Shown here piece by piece: positions 21,962 through 50,580 of a DNA stretch of 64,000 bases. The notes beneath the pieces are model-generated. The model saw only the letters and a list, made by a program, of their open reading frames with translations. It made no database searches and was not told the origin of the DNA. The DNA is from Dictyostelium discoideum (taxonomy: Eukaryota): the NCBI GenBank assembly GCA_000004695.1, contig CM000155.2, forward strand, positions 1,280,001-1,344,000. Reading direction: 5' to 3'. The position numbers and the translations under genes are program-made. How positions within the stretch are numbered: the first letter of the stretch is position 1; every line of letters starts with the position of its first letter.

Positions 21962-22636
21962 AAATATAAAAATGATTTATTAGATATATAATTTATTTGA
22001 AAAAATAATAAATTAAAAAAAAAAAAAAAATAAAAAAAAAAAAAACGTTTAAATAGTTTTTTTTTTTAATAAAAAAACAGAAAAAAATTAAAATTTTAAA
22101 ATGCCGTGACTACATGGAATAAAATCATTGTTCTATAAGATTATTACCTTTTTAATATAAAGCTATAGATAAAATTTTTTCAATATTTTCATAAATTTTT
22201 TAATTTAAAAAAAAAAAAAAAATTAAAAAAAATTAAAAAAATAAAAAAAAATAAAAAAAAAAAAATCAATTTAGAAAATTAATTGAAAACTCAAAATTTT
22301 TGGTCAAATTACATTAATGTTATCTCAAATCAAACAAAAATAAAAAAAAACACTTCTTTTTTTTTTTGTGACTTACTATTTTTTAAAACACACCCATTCT
22401 ATAGAACATGGAATAGTCGTTTTTTTTTTTTTTTTTTATTTTGGCATTGTCTTTCTGTTTTGGCAACATATTACTGTTTTTTTTTTTTTTTCAAAAAATT
22501 TTATGTTTTTTTTTTTATTTTTTATTTTTTATTTTTTATTTTTATTTTTTTATTTTTTATTTTTTTATTTTTTTATTTTTTTTATTTTTATCTTCTTATT
22601 TTTCATTTTTTTTTTTTTTTTTTTTTCTTTCTATTT

Positions 22637-26509
<3,873 letters not shown>

Positions 26510-26675
26510 TTTTATATATCTCTATATCTATATTTAGATATAGTTATAAAAATAGATTTATTTTTTTATTTTTTTATTTTTTATATATGTGAACGTAAAA
26601 AAAAAAAAAAAAAAAAATATTACAACAGTATGGAAATATTTAAAAATAAAATATTATAATCACACCTAAAAATGG

Positions 26676-26720
<45 letters not shown>

Positions 26721-27361
26721 ATAAAAAAAAAAAAAAAAAAATTTTGGTTTTTGCAAAATATCTGCCACAAGGAATTGTTTTTTTTTTTTTTTAATTTTTT
26801 ATTAATAAAAAACTCAATCGATCGATATTTTGTGTAGTTTCATTATTGTTTTTTTTTTTTTTTTAAATAATTAATTTTATAGTCAAAAAAAAAAAACATA
26901 ATTAAATCAATTGAAGATCGTAAATTAATTATATGTGTCAAACAGTTGGCTAATTATTTTTTTTCTTTAAAAAAAAAAAAAAAAACAATGAAAAAAAAAA
27001 TAGCGAGCTTGGTTCGTTAGCTTTCGGATATGTTCGATTTTTTTTTTTTTTTTATTTTTTATTTTTTTTTATTTTTTTTTTTATTTTTTTTTTTTAAAAA
27101 CAACGACATGATCATGTTATAGAAGTGTAAAAAAAAAAAAATTGTAAAAAAAAAAAAAAATAAAATAAAATAAAAATAAAATAAAATAAAATAAAATAAA
27201 AAAAAAATAAAACATGAGGAAAATGACATCTTATTGTAAAAAAAAAAAATATCTTTTTTTTCATTTTGATTAAATGTCTTTGTTTAAAAAATAATATAAA
27301 ATAATAATAATTGAATAATTGAAAAAAAAAAAAAAAATTAATTATTTAATTTTTAGAAATA

Positions 27362-28597
<1,236 letters not shown>

Positions 28598-28667
28598 AAA
28601 AAAAAAAAAAAAAAAAACCCTATTCAATTTTTGTAAATAAAACGCGATAAAGATAACCAACCAAAAT

Positions 28668-28794
<127 letters not shown>

Positions 28795-29157
28795 GGATAA
28801 TTATATTAATTAATCATAAACTATATTTAACTTTTTTTTTTATTTTTTTTTTTTATTTTTTTTTTTTTAATTAAAAAATTTAAAAACCAAAAAATTTTTT
28901 TCCAATGGGAAAATTTTTTAAATCAACTTGTTTTTCAATAAAGGGTTTGGCGGTTTTTTTTAAGGAACCGCCTTACCATAAATAATTTTAAAAATAAGTG
29001 GTTAAAGAATTTTTATTTAACCCGAAAGGGGTGGTTAAAAAATTCATAAATTGGGCATAAGCCCAAGTTTTTGGGGATTTTAAAAAAAAAACATTTATTT
29101 ATAAAAAAAAAAAGGTTTTTAATTTTTTTTGTTTTTTAAAATAAGTTTAAATTTAGG

Positions 29158-29206
<49 letters not shown>

Positions 29207-29225
29207 TTAAAATAATAATACTTAC

Positions 29226-29757
29226 AGAATATTCAACACCTAATCTAGAATATGGAGATTTATTTAAAGAAAATTCGATTCCTTTACTTAAGTAAGGTTC
29301 ACTTGAATTTAATTGGAATAGAATTGTTTTAATTCTTTTTGTAATTTTCTTATAAAATCTTTGATAGATTATTTTATCTACTACATAACATCCAACAGAA
29401 ATTGGAATTCCAATAACTATCATACTTAAGATATCACCTGATACTGAAATTACCTTTTTTTTAAAAATTAAAAAAAAATAAAAAAAAAAGTGAAAATATT
29501 AATTATTTATTTTTTAAAAAATAATAATTAATATATTTATTTATAAATTATACACTTACTCTTAATGTAGATGTTTTCTTTGATCTTATACAGTTTAAAT
29601 TTATATTTTTAATTATTGAATCATATTCATCTGGAGGTATAACACTTCTTAATTCTGGTGGAAAATTTCTTGAGAAACCTTTAAAAGTGCATTTTGTATA
29701 TGGTTTATAGATGGTTTTTTCACCCTTTATTATATGTGATGTTCTTTCATTTTCCAT
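29226..29757 (-). CDS. Hypothetical small transmembrane protein; first two exons 29757..29560 and 29453..29226, the terminal exon was not found
   Basis: Exon 1 MENERTSHIIKGEKTIYKPYTKCTFKGFSRNFPPELRSVIPPDEYDSIIKNINLNCIRSKKTSTLR ends at a GTAAGT donor (29559-29554). Exon 2 starts after aaaaaag and reads VISVSGDILSMIVIGIPISVGCYVVDKIIYQRFYKK...GVEYS, with one predicted TM helix. It ends at another GTAAGT donor at 29225. The downstream exon would fall in or near the noisy island 28880-29110. A loose resemblance to Erf4/GOLGA7-type N-terminal regions is unverified. Confidence 0.4.
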
Positions 29758-29806
29758 TTTAATAAAAAAAAAAAAAATATTTATATATATATATATATAT
29801 AATAAT

Positions 29807-29837
<31 letters not shown>

Positions 29838-30233
29838 GTTCTATTTGTTTATGAGAATTGAAAGGAATTTTTAAAATGTAAAATAAAATCAAATTTATAG
29901 GAAAAAAAAAAAAGTGTAAAAACAAAAAACCAAATCACATCCTCTTTTCAAAACTTTTTTTTTTTTTTTTTTTTTTGTAAGATCTATTACTTTTTTAGTT
30001 TAAATTAAATTTCTTTTTTTTTTTAAAAAAATAAAACAATTCATTTTTTTTTTTTTAAATTTTTTATTTTAAATTTTTTTTTTTTTTATTTTTTTTTTTT
30101 TTTACTATTTTTAGAAATCTTATTTTACTTTTATTTTTTTATTTTATATTTTTTTACCCTTGTCCCTTTAATTTTTTTATTTTATATTTTTTTTTTTTTC
30201 CTATTTTTTATCCTTGTCCCTTAGTATTAAAAT

Positions 30234-30264
<31 letters not shown>

Positions 30265-30823
30265 TAGAAATCCTATATTACTGTAATTTATTTTGTTTGT
30301 ATTATTTTTTTTTTTTTTTTTTTTTTTCTATTTGCAATTTGTTTTTCTTTTTCTTTTTTTTTTTTTCTTTATTTTTTTTATTCCCTTTTCATGTCTTTTT
30401 TTTTTTTTTTCGAAATTTTTATTAAAGTTAAATAAAAAAAAAAAAAAAACAATGAACCATCCTGGGTTTTTATAAATAAAAAAAAAAGTTAATTTTTTTT
30501 TTTAATCAATCACTGGATTTCCCAAAATTTTTAAAATTTTTATATCGGTTTTATTTTTTTTTTTTTTTTTCTTTTTTATTTTATTTTTATTTTTTTTTTT
30601 TTTTTTTTTTGAAATTTAAAAACCCATTTTTTTTTTTTTTTTTTTTTTTTTTTCCAAAAAAAAAAATAATAATAAAAATAATAATAAAAATACTTTTTTA
30701 AAAAAAATTAAAAAAAAAATAGTCTTTTTTAGGGTAAGTAATATTAAAATTATAAAATTTAAATTTAATAATATTATCATTGAAACCTTATTAATTTAAA
30801 AATAAATATTACTATCGGAACCA

Positions 30824-30854
<31 letters not shown>

Positions 30855-31035
30855 TTTTTCAATTTAAAAATCTTTTTTTTAACAATTTTTTCAATTTTTT
30901 TTTTTTATTTTTTTTATTTCAATTTCGCACACAAATTTTTTTTTTTTTTTTTCTTTTGTCCTCATTTTACACACACAAACATACAGCATAAATAGTTTTT
31001 TTTTATTTTTTTTTTTTTACCCTTAACAATTAATT

Positions 31036-31074
<39 letters not shown>

Positions 31075-31187
31075 AAATAATTAAATAATTAACAATTAAT
31101 AAAAAAAAAATAATAAAATAATAGTAAAATTAAAAAATTAAAAAATAACAGTAATTCAGTAAAATATAAAAAAACAAAAAAACCAAA

Positions 31188-40534
<9,347 letters not shown>

Positions 40535-40699
40535 ATTTTTTTAAAAAAAAAAAAAAAACAAATAAAAAAAACAATAAATAAAGCAAAAATTAATTCAATA
40601 AAAAAAAAAAAAATAATAAATATAATCCCCTCAACTTAATTTTTTATTTTTTTTTTTTGATTTTAAAAATTCATTTTTTTTTTTTTTTTTTTTTTTATT

Positions 40700-41294
40700 T
40701 ATTATTATTTTTATTTTTTGTATATTAGCCAAATCATATAAAATTGTTTGTATTAAATATTTTAATTAGTGTTTGGAAATTAAATTAAAATAGTAAGAGT
40801 TAATAGTTTATGATTTTTATTTTTATTTTTATTTTTTTTTGAAGAAAACAGTTTTAAATATGTTAGTATTTAAAATTAAAATAAATAAGAGTTAATTTTA
40901 AATTTTTTGCTTTTTTCAATATTCTATTGTAAGGTGTTACACCTTTTTTTAGATCTTCCAAATAAAAATTAATTTTTTTTTTTTTAATTTTATTCATTAA
41001 ATTAAGAATAATTCAAATAATGAAATTGTAATTGATTGGAAGAATTTGTTAAAGGTGACTCCTATGTTTGGAAGAATTTATTCTGCCATAAAATTGGCTT
41101 TATAAGTTAATTTTCTTAATTTAATTATTTTTTAGGAAATCGTTTGAATCTTTAAAATTTTTAAATTTTTTTCAATTTTTATACATTCTAGAATAGCTTT
41201 TGCCAACAAGTTTGTACCTTTTTCAAAGTTTAAATGTGTCAATTATAACCTTTCCAGAAACATTTTGGCATTAATCAAGAATCATTACATCTGT

Positions 41295-41327
<33 letters not shown>

Positions 41328-41392
41328 ATATTGATTAATTAAAGTTTATCCTTTAAAGGGAAAAAAAAACAATAATTAATAGTTTTATTTAG

Positions 41393-41442
<50 letters not shown>

Positions 41443-41940
41443 CTTCAATTTAATAGTTTCTATTTAGATTGTCTAAATAGAGTTTTGGTTATTTTAAAAA
41501 AAGGTATGACTACTATTGTGAGAATAATTATTATAATAAATTGGTCGAAAGAGACTAGGTTTGGGAGCACTGATTTCGGAATGCAATAGACTTTGCATGT
41601 TAAGTTTCTTAAATTAATAATTTGATTGAGGAAAAAGTTTGGATCTTTGAAGTTGTTTGAGTCTTTTGAGAGAGTAATTTTAAGGTTTTAGCTTTTTTAA
41701 TAAATTCTAAAGTGGCTAATTTATACATTTGTTGAGAAGGGTTGAGAATGATAGTTTTTCTCCTATTGATGGTTCACTATACAGTTGGTTGCAAATCCAT
41801 ACTTTATGAATTATTAATGCCATGAAATTCCTATATGCGAAGGTTCTGGAAAGGTTATAGTTTACCCATTTATAACCCCAGTAATCAATTGTATAGTGAA
41901 AAACCGTCAAAAGATGAAATTCTTTTTTCCCATATCAAGC
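40700..41940 (-). mobile_element. Array of nested 5'-truncated TRE3-type retroelement 3' fragments downstream of tRNA-Val
   Basis: Poly-T runs (poly(A) tails on the minus strand) lie near 40975, 41301-41328 and 41401-41438. The C-module-like sequence at 40850-40930 shares gttagtatttaaaattaaa with 18465. ORF remnant 41716..41910 (YNLSRTFAYRNFMALIIHKVWICNQLYSEP) is homologous to ORF 18736..19143. Confidence 0.5.
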
Positions 41941-41944
41941 TAAG

Positions 41945-41954
41945 AATCGAACCT
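41945..41954 (-). promoter_or_regulatory. ex-B box downstream of tRNA-Val
   Basis: Minus strand GGTTCGATTC, about 39 bp 3' of the tRNA. Confidence 0.55.
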
Positions 41955-41992
41955 GTGATTTATTCGATATCGGATTTAAAAATATTAGTTTG

Positions 41993-42066
41993 TATTCAGA
42001 GCGGGAATCGAACCCACGACCTAATCCGTGTTAAGGATTCGTGATAACCGACTACACCATCCGAAC
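41993..42066 (-). tRNA. tRNA-Val (anticodon AAC)
   Basis: Minus strand GTTCGGATGGTGTAGTCGGTTATCACGAATCCTTAACACGGATTAGGTCGTGGGTTCGATTCCCGCTCTGAATA folds as a cloverleaf. Anticodon stem is AATCC/GGATT, loop TTAACAC, T-arm GTGGG-TTCGATT-CCCGC. The acceptor stem has G-U pairs. Confidence 0.75.
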
Positions 42067-42290
42067 TAATCGATGAAAATGGAAAAAAAATAGCTCGATT
42101 CCGTTTTCTTAATATCATTTTAATTTTTTTAATTTCACTCAGAAATAGATTTTGGATGAAATATATATAAAAAGAATAGATCAACAGTCATTTATTAATC
42201 ATTTTAATGGTTTCACTATAAATATTTTAATAATTAAGTAAATAGTAATAATAATAACAATATTAATCAATATAACAATATTAAAATAAA

Positions 42291-42336
<46 letters not shown>

Positions 42337-42782
42337 TATCATATTTAGATAATTATAATTTTTAAATTATAATTATCTATTTTTTGCAAGTAATCTTGGC
42401 AGTTTGCTTTAAAATATTTAATAATTATAAAATGATAAAAAAAAAAAAAAATTTTAATATTGTTATATTGTAAAATACAATAGGATCAACAAAGTGGTTT
42501 AATTTTATAAGAACTATTGTAATTAATTAAAAAATAAATAAAAAAAAATTAAAAAGCAGAATGAATACATCCATCTTTTTTATATTTTGTGTATTTTTGG
42601 GTGCTCTACTTTTACACATTAAATTCATATTAAAAATAAATGACATAAAAAATAAAAAAAAAAAAAAAAAAAAAGTGTAATGAAAAGTGGAAAATTACAA
42701 TCCAAAATCCAATAGAAAATAAAATATTAAAATTCAAAAAAAAAAAAAATATTTAAAAAACCAATAAACCTCTAAAACAGAT

Positions 42783-42849
<67 letters not shown>

Positions 42850-42949
42850 CTTAATAATCCAATTATATTATATTATTGTTTTTGTATTATTAATTTATTA
42901 AAATTAGTAAGAATATATATTTATAAAAATTGTCAGATTATAAGTTATC

Positions 42950-42988
<39 letters not shown>

Positions 42989-43066
42989 TAATAAAGGATT
43001 TTTTCACAAGTACATGTACTTAACACTGTTAAAAAAAATAAAAATAAAAATATTTTTTTGATTAAA

Positions 43067-43100
<34 letters not shown>

Positions 43101-43249
43101 AAAAAAAAAAAAAAAACAGTTTTATTTTTTAATTTATGTTACTGTCTTTACTTCATTATAATTTATTTTTATAAAAATAAATAAAAAAAAAAAAGTAGAA
43201 AAGAAGAAAAACAAGAAGAATTAAAAAAAAAGAACAAGAGGAAAAAAAA

Positions 43250-44581
43250 ATGATTGAAGATTTTAATGAATTAAGTCCAATCTATCGTGAAAAGTATAGA
43301 TTGACAGTTTTACCAAAATGGAGGAAGAAATTAGTAATTTTAAAAATGATTTTATTAGAAGTTATATTTTTAATTCAAGTTACCTTTAGAACTATAAAAT
43401 CAATTTTATATTATTTCTTCACACACAAGAAAGGATACCTCGTAAAAGATATTAAATATGGTCCAAATGATAGAAATCATTGTGATATTTACATACCTTC
43501 ATCTTCAAATTACCTTTTAAATAATAAAAAAGATTTACCTGTAGTTATATTTATGCATGGTGGAAGTTGGGGTTTGTATGTATATCATTAATTTTAAAAT
43601 AATATTAATCAAGATTTGAAAAAAAAACTAACAAACAAATTTTTTCCCCCACTCTTTTCTGAAAAAAAAAAAAAAAAATAAAAATAAAAATCCAAATCCA
43701 AATCCAAATTCAAATAAATTAGTGGCCATAAATTACAATATATTTTATTAGGTAAAAAATTATCAGAAAGAGGTATTGTTACAATGGTAATAAATTATAG
43801 ATTAACACCAAAAGGTAATATTGATGATATGTTAGAGGATATTGATACTGCAACATCATTTTGTTATGAAAATATTGAAAATTATGGTGGTGATAAAAAT
43901 AAAATCTATTTAATGGGTCATTCAGCAGGTGGTCATATCATTTCACAATATGTTGTTGTCAATTATTCAAAACCAATTGATAATGAACAAAAAAATAAAA
44001 AAAGAGTACCATTATCTGGTATTTTCCCATTATCAGCTCCTTTGCATATTAATGGTAAGTTTTAAAAAAAAAAAAAAATACAACTCTCACTCTCTCACTC
44101 ATTTTTCTAATAAATAATTTATTTTTATATTTATATTAATTTAATAGATCACTTTTTATTTGAAACTAAAAGAGGTGTTGAACATATTTCACCAATGAGA
44201 CCAGCAATGAAAGGACCAAAATATTTTGATGAATATTCACCAAGTGCAGTATTAGAAAAGATTAAAGATAAATCAATAAGAGATGAAAAATTATCAACTC
44301 CATTCCCATCATTTTATATTTTACATGGTGTAGATGATGCAACTGTACCATTATCATCATCAACTAAATTCTTTTCAATATTAATGAGAAAATTAGCAAA
44401 TCCAACTGCAAGAACTTTATTTTTAAAAGCATATCCAAAAATTAAACACATTGATTTTATTTTTAATGTATGTGATGATAATTTAATTATTGAAAGAAAT
44501 ATTTTTAATGGTATAGAAGATGATGATAATAATAATGCTGAATCAATTTTAAATGATATTATTAATATTATAAAATATTAA
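43250..44581 (+). CDS. Alpha/beta hydrolase-fold esterase similar to isoprenylcysteine alpha-carbonyl methylesterase (Abhydrolase_3 type). Exons about 43250..43560, 43753..44050 and 44148..44581.
   Basis: Exon 1 ends ...LPVVIFMHGGSWG (HGG oxyanion motif). The donor is ambiguous: GTTTGT or GTATGT within ggtttgtatgtat. Exon 2 (KKLSERGIVTMVINYRLTP...IYLMGHSAGGHI, GxSxG nucleophile) ends at a GTAAGT donor after HIN. Exon 3 after ttaatag reads (D)HFLFETKRGVEHISP...ILHGVDDATVPLSSSTKFF...YPKIKHIDF, giving the Asp/His of the catalytic triad. The order of conserved blocks matches plant ICME. Confidence 0.6.
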
Positions 44582-44680
44582 ATATATATATTTTTTTCCA
44601 AAAAAAAATAAAATAAAATAATTTTATTATCTATCTTTACTTTTGTGTTTTTTTTTTTTTTAAGTGCATTTAAAATATCT

Positions 44681-44682
44681 AT

Positions 44683-44753
<71 letters not shown>
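44681..44753 (+). repeat. (ATTT)n tetranucleotide microsatellite of about 18 units
   Basis: Seen directly in the 3' flank of the hydrolase gene. Confidence 0.85.
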
Positions 44754-44861
44754 TATCTCTCTTAATATTATTTTAAATAAATATATCAAAAATAAAAATA
44801 ATAATTTATAGATCTTAATAGATTTAATCTATATTTTTTTTTTTTTTTTTTTTTAAGCCCC

Positions 44862-44893
<32 letters not shown>

Positions 44894-45479
44894 TCGAACA
44901 AGATTTTTAATGAAATAATCAAATGTTTATATCAATTATTAATTGTTTTTATTTATTTTTTTTATTTTTTTGTTTTTTTTATTTTTTTTTAATTTTTTTT
45001 AAAAGAGGGGTAATAATTATAACTTTTAAATTTTATTGTTTGATTAACAAATCGTAAAAATGATTTTTTTTTTTTTTTTTATTTTTTTTTTTTCATAAAA
45101 AATTAAAAACAAATTACAAAAAAAAAAAAAATATATCCACATTATCGGTTAATATCGAGTTATTTAAAAGAACAATTGTTTACAACCCTTTACTTTTTTA
45201 TTATTAATTTTATGTATATAAATTTATAAAGGTATTATTAAATTTTTATTTTCAAATCTACACATACATTATATCAAAATTACCATTTTATTTATTAAAA
45301 AAATAAATATTAACAAATAATTAAAAAAAAAATAAAAAATAATAAAAAAAAAATAATAATTAATTATAAAAATAAATTAAAAACACACTATTTAAAATCC
45401 AAATATAAATTTTTTTTATTTTTGATCATTAAAAAAAAAAAATAATAATTTTTTACAATAATATAGTAAAATTAAAAAA

Positions 45480-45845
45480 ATGATGAAAAATTTACTTTTT
45501 TTAGCTTTATGCTTTGCTTTATTGTCAGTTTCAATTTGTGATATTTCAATATCAATTTCACAAATTCAAACTGGTTCCTGGGACAGTCACTCTGCATGGG
45601 AAGTGACATTAATAAATACCGGAACAAGACCAATAATTGATGCAACACTTGTAGCTGAATCAAATTTAATTCTTGATAAACCAGAAAATATTTGGTCAAT
45701 GGAATTAATTTCACCAAATAAATATCATTTCCCATCATGGATAACCCAAAATGGTGGTCTTAATAGTGGAGCAAAGCACACCTTTGGTTATATTAATAAT
45801 AGTGGCGCACCAGCTGCATTCTCAGTTTGCGATGTTAGAAATTAA
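45480..45845 (+). CDS. Small secreted protein, paralog 1 of a tandem four-gene family
   Basis: 121 aa, single exon. N-terminal signal peptide MMKNLLFLALCFALLSVSIC. Conserved blocks shared by all four copies are SxWDxHSxWEV, KYHFPSW and TFGYIN. Confidence 0.65.
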   Translation: MMKNLLFLALCFALLSVSICDISISISQIQTGSWDSHSAWEVTLINTGTRPIIDATLVAESNLILDKPENIWSMELISPNKYHFPSWITQNGGLNSGAKHTFGYINNSGAPAAFSVCDVRN

Positions 45846-46473
45846 TTAATTCAATTGACATTTTTAAAAAATTAAATTATAAAATAAAAGTTGTAAAAAA
45901 AAAAAAAATAATAAAAAAAAATAAAAGGATTAAATTAATAAATTAAAAAAGAAAATGTTTCCGAAATTTATTTATTCTAAACTTCATTTAAATAAGAGTG
46001 TAGTTGTGGTGATTGATTGAGAACAATCTCTTTTTCTATTTTCAATTCTTTTTAAACATTTTTTGTTTGATATCTAAAAACAAGGCTATATTGTATATTG
46101 AATATATATATAATGTATAATAATATTCAATATACAAAATTTGTATTTTGGTTGGTATTTTAATTGTAAATAAAATAATTTATTTTCATTATTTTCAAAC
46201 TTTACTATTTAAATATGAAAATTTGTTTTTACTAGTATTTTTATAAATCCATCTGATTTTTGTAATAAAATTAAGATAGTTATTGGCATAAAAATAGTTT
46301 ATATAAACTATAATCAGAAATAATACCTTTTTTTCATTTTTTTTTAATATTTTATTTATTTAAATATTTAAAAAAAAAAAAAGTTTATTTAAATAAAAAA
46401 AAACAAAATCATTTTATTTAAAATCATATCTTAGTTTATTTTAAATAAAAAAAATAAAAAAAAACTAAAAAAA

Positions 46474-46839
46474 ATGTTTAAAAAAATTCTCTTTTTAATT
46501 TTAAGTTTTGCTATTTTTTCTTTTGCTTTTGGAGATAACAGTTTAACCTTTACTCAAACAAAGGTTAAGGAATGGGATAACGGGAACCATGTTCAATGGG
46601 AAGTTGTACTGGTAAACACTGATCCTTCAAAAAGATCAATTACCGATGCATTCATAATTGGAAATGAAAATTTTAAACCAGAATCTATATGGTCCTTAGA
46701 AACTACACAAGATAATAAATATCATCTCCCATCATATATAAATCGATATGGTTTAAAATTTGGAAGTAACCTCACATTTGGATTCATTAACACCATTAAT
46801 TCTCAAGTTACATTTACAGTATCAGATATTAAATTTTGA
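46474..46839 (+). CDS. Small secreted protein, paralog 2
   Basis: 121 aa, signal peptide MFKKILFLILSFAIFSFAFG. Contains WDNGNHVQWEVVLVNT, KYHLPSY and TFGFIN. It is the most divergent copy. Confidence 0.65.
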   Translation: MFKKILFLILSFAIFSFAFGDNSLTFTQTKVKEWDNGNHVQWEVVLVNTDPSKRSITDAFIIGNENFKPESIWSLETTQDNKYHLPSYINRYGLKFGSNLTFGFINTINSQVTFTVSDIKF

Positions 46840-47482
46840 AAAAATAAAAAAAATTAAAATAAAATAAAATTATTTTTAGAAATCATTTAATATTATAAAA
46901 TTAAACAAAAATGTTACTTTAATAAATTTTTTATAAATGTTTTGAATTAAATTTAAATAATTTTCAATGATAAAATTTATAATAAAAAAAAATATAATAA
47001 AAATATATAATATAAATATATATATTTATATAAAGGGGGTAATAAATTAAGTGTGGGGGTGCAGTAAAGAATTTTTTTATTTCATAATATATTTTTTAAT
47101 TCAAACCCCAATTATAAAAATGATTTTAAACGGTTTTAATATTTGTATATGTAATTAAAATTACAATATTACATAAAGATTTTTTGGTCTATTTATATAA
47201 TTGTAAAAATAAACATTAATCACCACATTTTCCATTTATATTCTTAAGGTTAATTATATTATTTCTTTTAAAAAATTTATTTAAAATTATTTTATTACCT
47301 AAATATAAAAATAGCCATCAAATTATTTTATATTTAATAATTTTACTTTTTAAAAAAAAAAATAATAATAATAAAAAAAAATTATTTAAACATTTTAATT
47401 TTAAATTTTTTTTATTAATTTAAAATAATAATTTCATTTAATAATAATATCAAAAAAAACTATAATAATAATATCAGGAAAA

Positions 47483-47851
47483 ATGTTTAAAAAATTACTT
47501 TTATTTACATTAACATTTGCTATTTTTGCTTTGGCAATTTGTGATAATACATTATCAATTTCTCAATTTCAAAAAAGTGCTTGGGATGGTCACTCTGGAT
47601 GGGAAGTCACAATTTTGAACACTGATTGTTGTAACACTGTTTTTGATGCAACAATTATCCCAGAATCCAACTTTTTCCCTGAAACCATCTGGTCAATTGA
47701 ATTATTATCAGAAAATAAATATCATTTCCCAGATTTCCTTACAAAAACTGGATTAGGAATAGGAAAAAATTTTACCTTTGGTTACATTAACAAAAGTGGT
47801 ACACCTGCTATATTTAATTTTATGGATGTTAAATTCCAATCAAATAATTAA
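47483..47851 (+). CDS. Small secreted protein, paralog 3
   Basis: 122 aa, signal peptide MFKKLLLFTLTFAIFALAIC. Contains AWDGHSGWEVTILNT, KYHFPDF and TFGYINKSG. Confidence 0.65.
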   Translation: MFKKLLLFTLTFAIFALAICDNTLSISQFQKSAWDGHSGWEVTILNTDCCNTVFDATIIPESNFFPETIWSIELLSENKYHFPDFLTKTGLGIGKNFTFGYINKSGTPAIFNFMDVKFQSNN

Positions 47852-48403
47852 AAAAAATAAATAAAAAAATGAAAAAATAAATAAATAAAAAAAATTGTTA
47901 TACCCCTAATCATTTTTTTAAAAATTATATGATTATTATTATTTTATTTTTATTTTTTTTAAATTTTTTTTTTTTTTTAAATTGGTACGATTTCATCTTT
48001 TGGAAAATTATTATTTTTTATTATTATTTTTTTTTTTTTTTAAGATTTTATTTTTCAAATAAATCTAAACCAATTTACAATTAAAGTTTACAATATTGTT
48101 ATTTTTTAATTTTAATTTTTATACATCATATAAAAATTAAAAAACACACAAAAAGCGTTTATACTAAACTGATACAATATTGGTTTTCTACTAATATAAA
48201 TAAATGAAAATACAATTTTTTTATCAATTATTTTTTTTATTTATTTTTTTTAAAAAAAATAAATAATAAAAAAAAAAAAACCTATTTAAAGAAAAAATTA
48301 AAAAAGATATTAATCATTAAAAAACAAATAAAAAAACAACAACTAATCAAATAAAATTAAAAAAACTATAATTATTAATTTAAAAAAAATAATAAAAAAA
48401 AAA

Positions 48404-48772
48404 ATGTTTAAAAAATTACTTTTCTTTACTTTAACTTTTGCTCTCTTTGCTTTAGCAATTTGTGATAATTCAATTAAAATCACTCAAACATTAAGTAGTG
48501 CTTGGGAAGGACATTCAACATGGAATGTAGTAATAGAAAACATTGGAGATAAACCTATCTTTGGTGCTACCATCGTTGCCGAATCTGGTTTAAGCCTCGA
48601 AAGACCAGATAATCTTTGGTCATTAGATTCATTAGGTAATAATAGATTTGGTCTCCCATCTTGGATTACTCAAAATGGTGGTCTTAAAGCTTTCAATGGT
48701 ACTCATACATTTGGTTACACTAATGCTCAACCAACTTCAGCAGTATTCTCAGCCACTGATATTAGATATTAA
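48404..48772 (+). CDS. Small secreted protein, paralog 4
   Basis: 122 aa, signal peptide MFKKLLFFTLTFALFALAIC. Contains AWEGHSTWNVVIEN, LPSWITQNGGL (shared with paralog 1) and HTFGYTN. Confidence 0.65.
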   Translation: MFKKLLFFTLTFALFALAICDNSIKITQTLSSAWEGHSTWNVVIENIGDKPIFGATIVAESGLSLERPDNLWSLDSLGNNRFGLPSWITQNGGLKAFNGTHTFGYTNAQPTSAVFSATDIRY

Positions 48773-48950
48773 ATAAACCAAAAAAAACACTAAAAAAATC
48801 CCCAAAAACTATTTAAAATTACTTTATTAATTAATTAATTAAATATTTACAAAAAAAAAAAAAAAAAAAAACTAAAACCCCACTCCCCCCCATTTCTATA
48901 TTCTTTTTATTTATTTATTTATTTGTTTTTTTTTTTTTTTTTTATTTATT

Positions 48951-48985
<35 letters not shown>

Positions 48986-48995
48986 TTATTTTTTT

Positions 48996-50184
<1,189 letters not shown>

Positions 50185-50580
50185 TTAAATTAAAAAAAAT
50201 ATTTAGTTAATAATAAAAAAGGCCCCTTTTTTTTTTTGGGGGTTTTTTTTTTTTTTTTTTTTTTTTTTCCCAAAAAATTTTTTTTAAATTTTTTTTTTTT
50301 TTTCCCCAAAATTTAAAATTAATTAAATTTAAATTAAAAAAAAAAAAAAACGGTTGCGAAAAACTTGGATATTTTTTTAAAAAAAAAAAAAAAAAAAAAA
50401 TGATTGGAATTCTTAATTTAAGCTTTTGTTTTTTTTTTTTTTTTTTTTTTGTTAAATATAGTTTTATTTTATTATTTTTATAAATCTTTTTTTTTTTTTT
50501 TTTTTCTTTTTTCTTTTTTTTTTTTTTTTCTTTTTCTTTTTTTTTTTTTTTATAAATTATTCTATTTTGTTTTTTTTTTT

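Noticed and set aside
41835-42184. ORFs 41835..42044(+) and 41996..42184(-) overlapping the tRNA-Val gene
   Set aside because: They overlap a structured tRNA gene and retroelement debris. They have no coding support.
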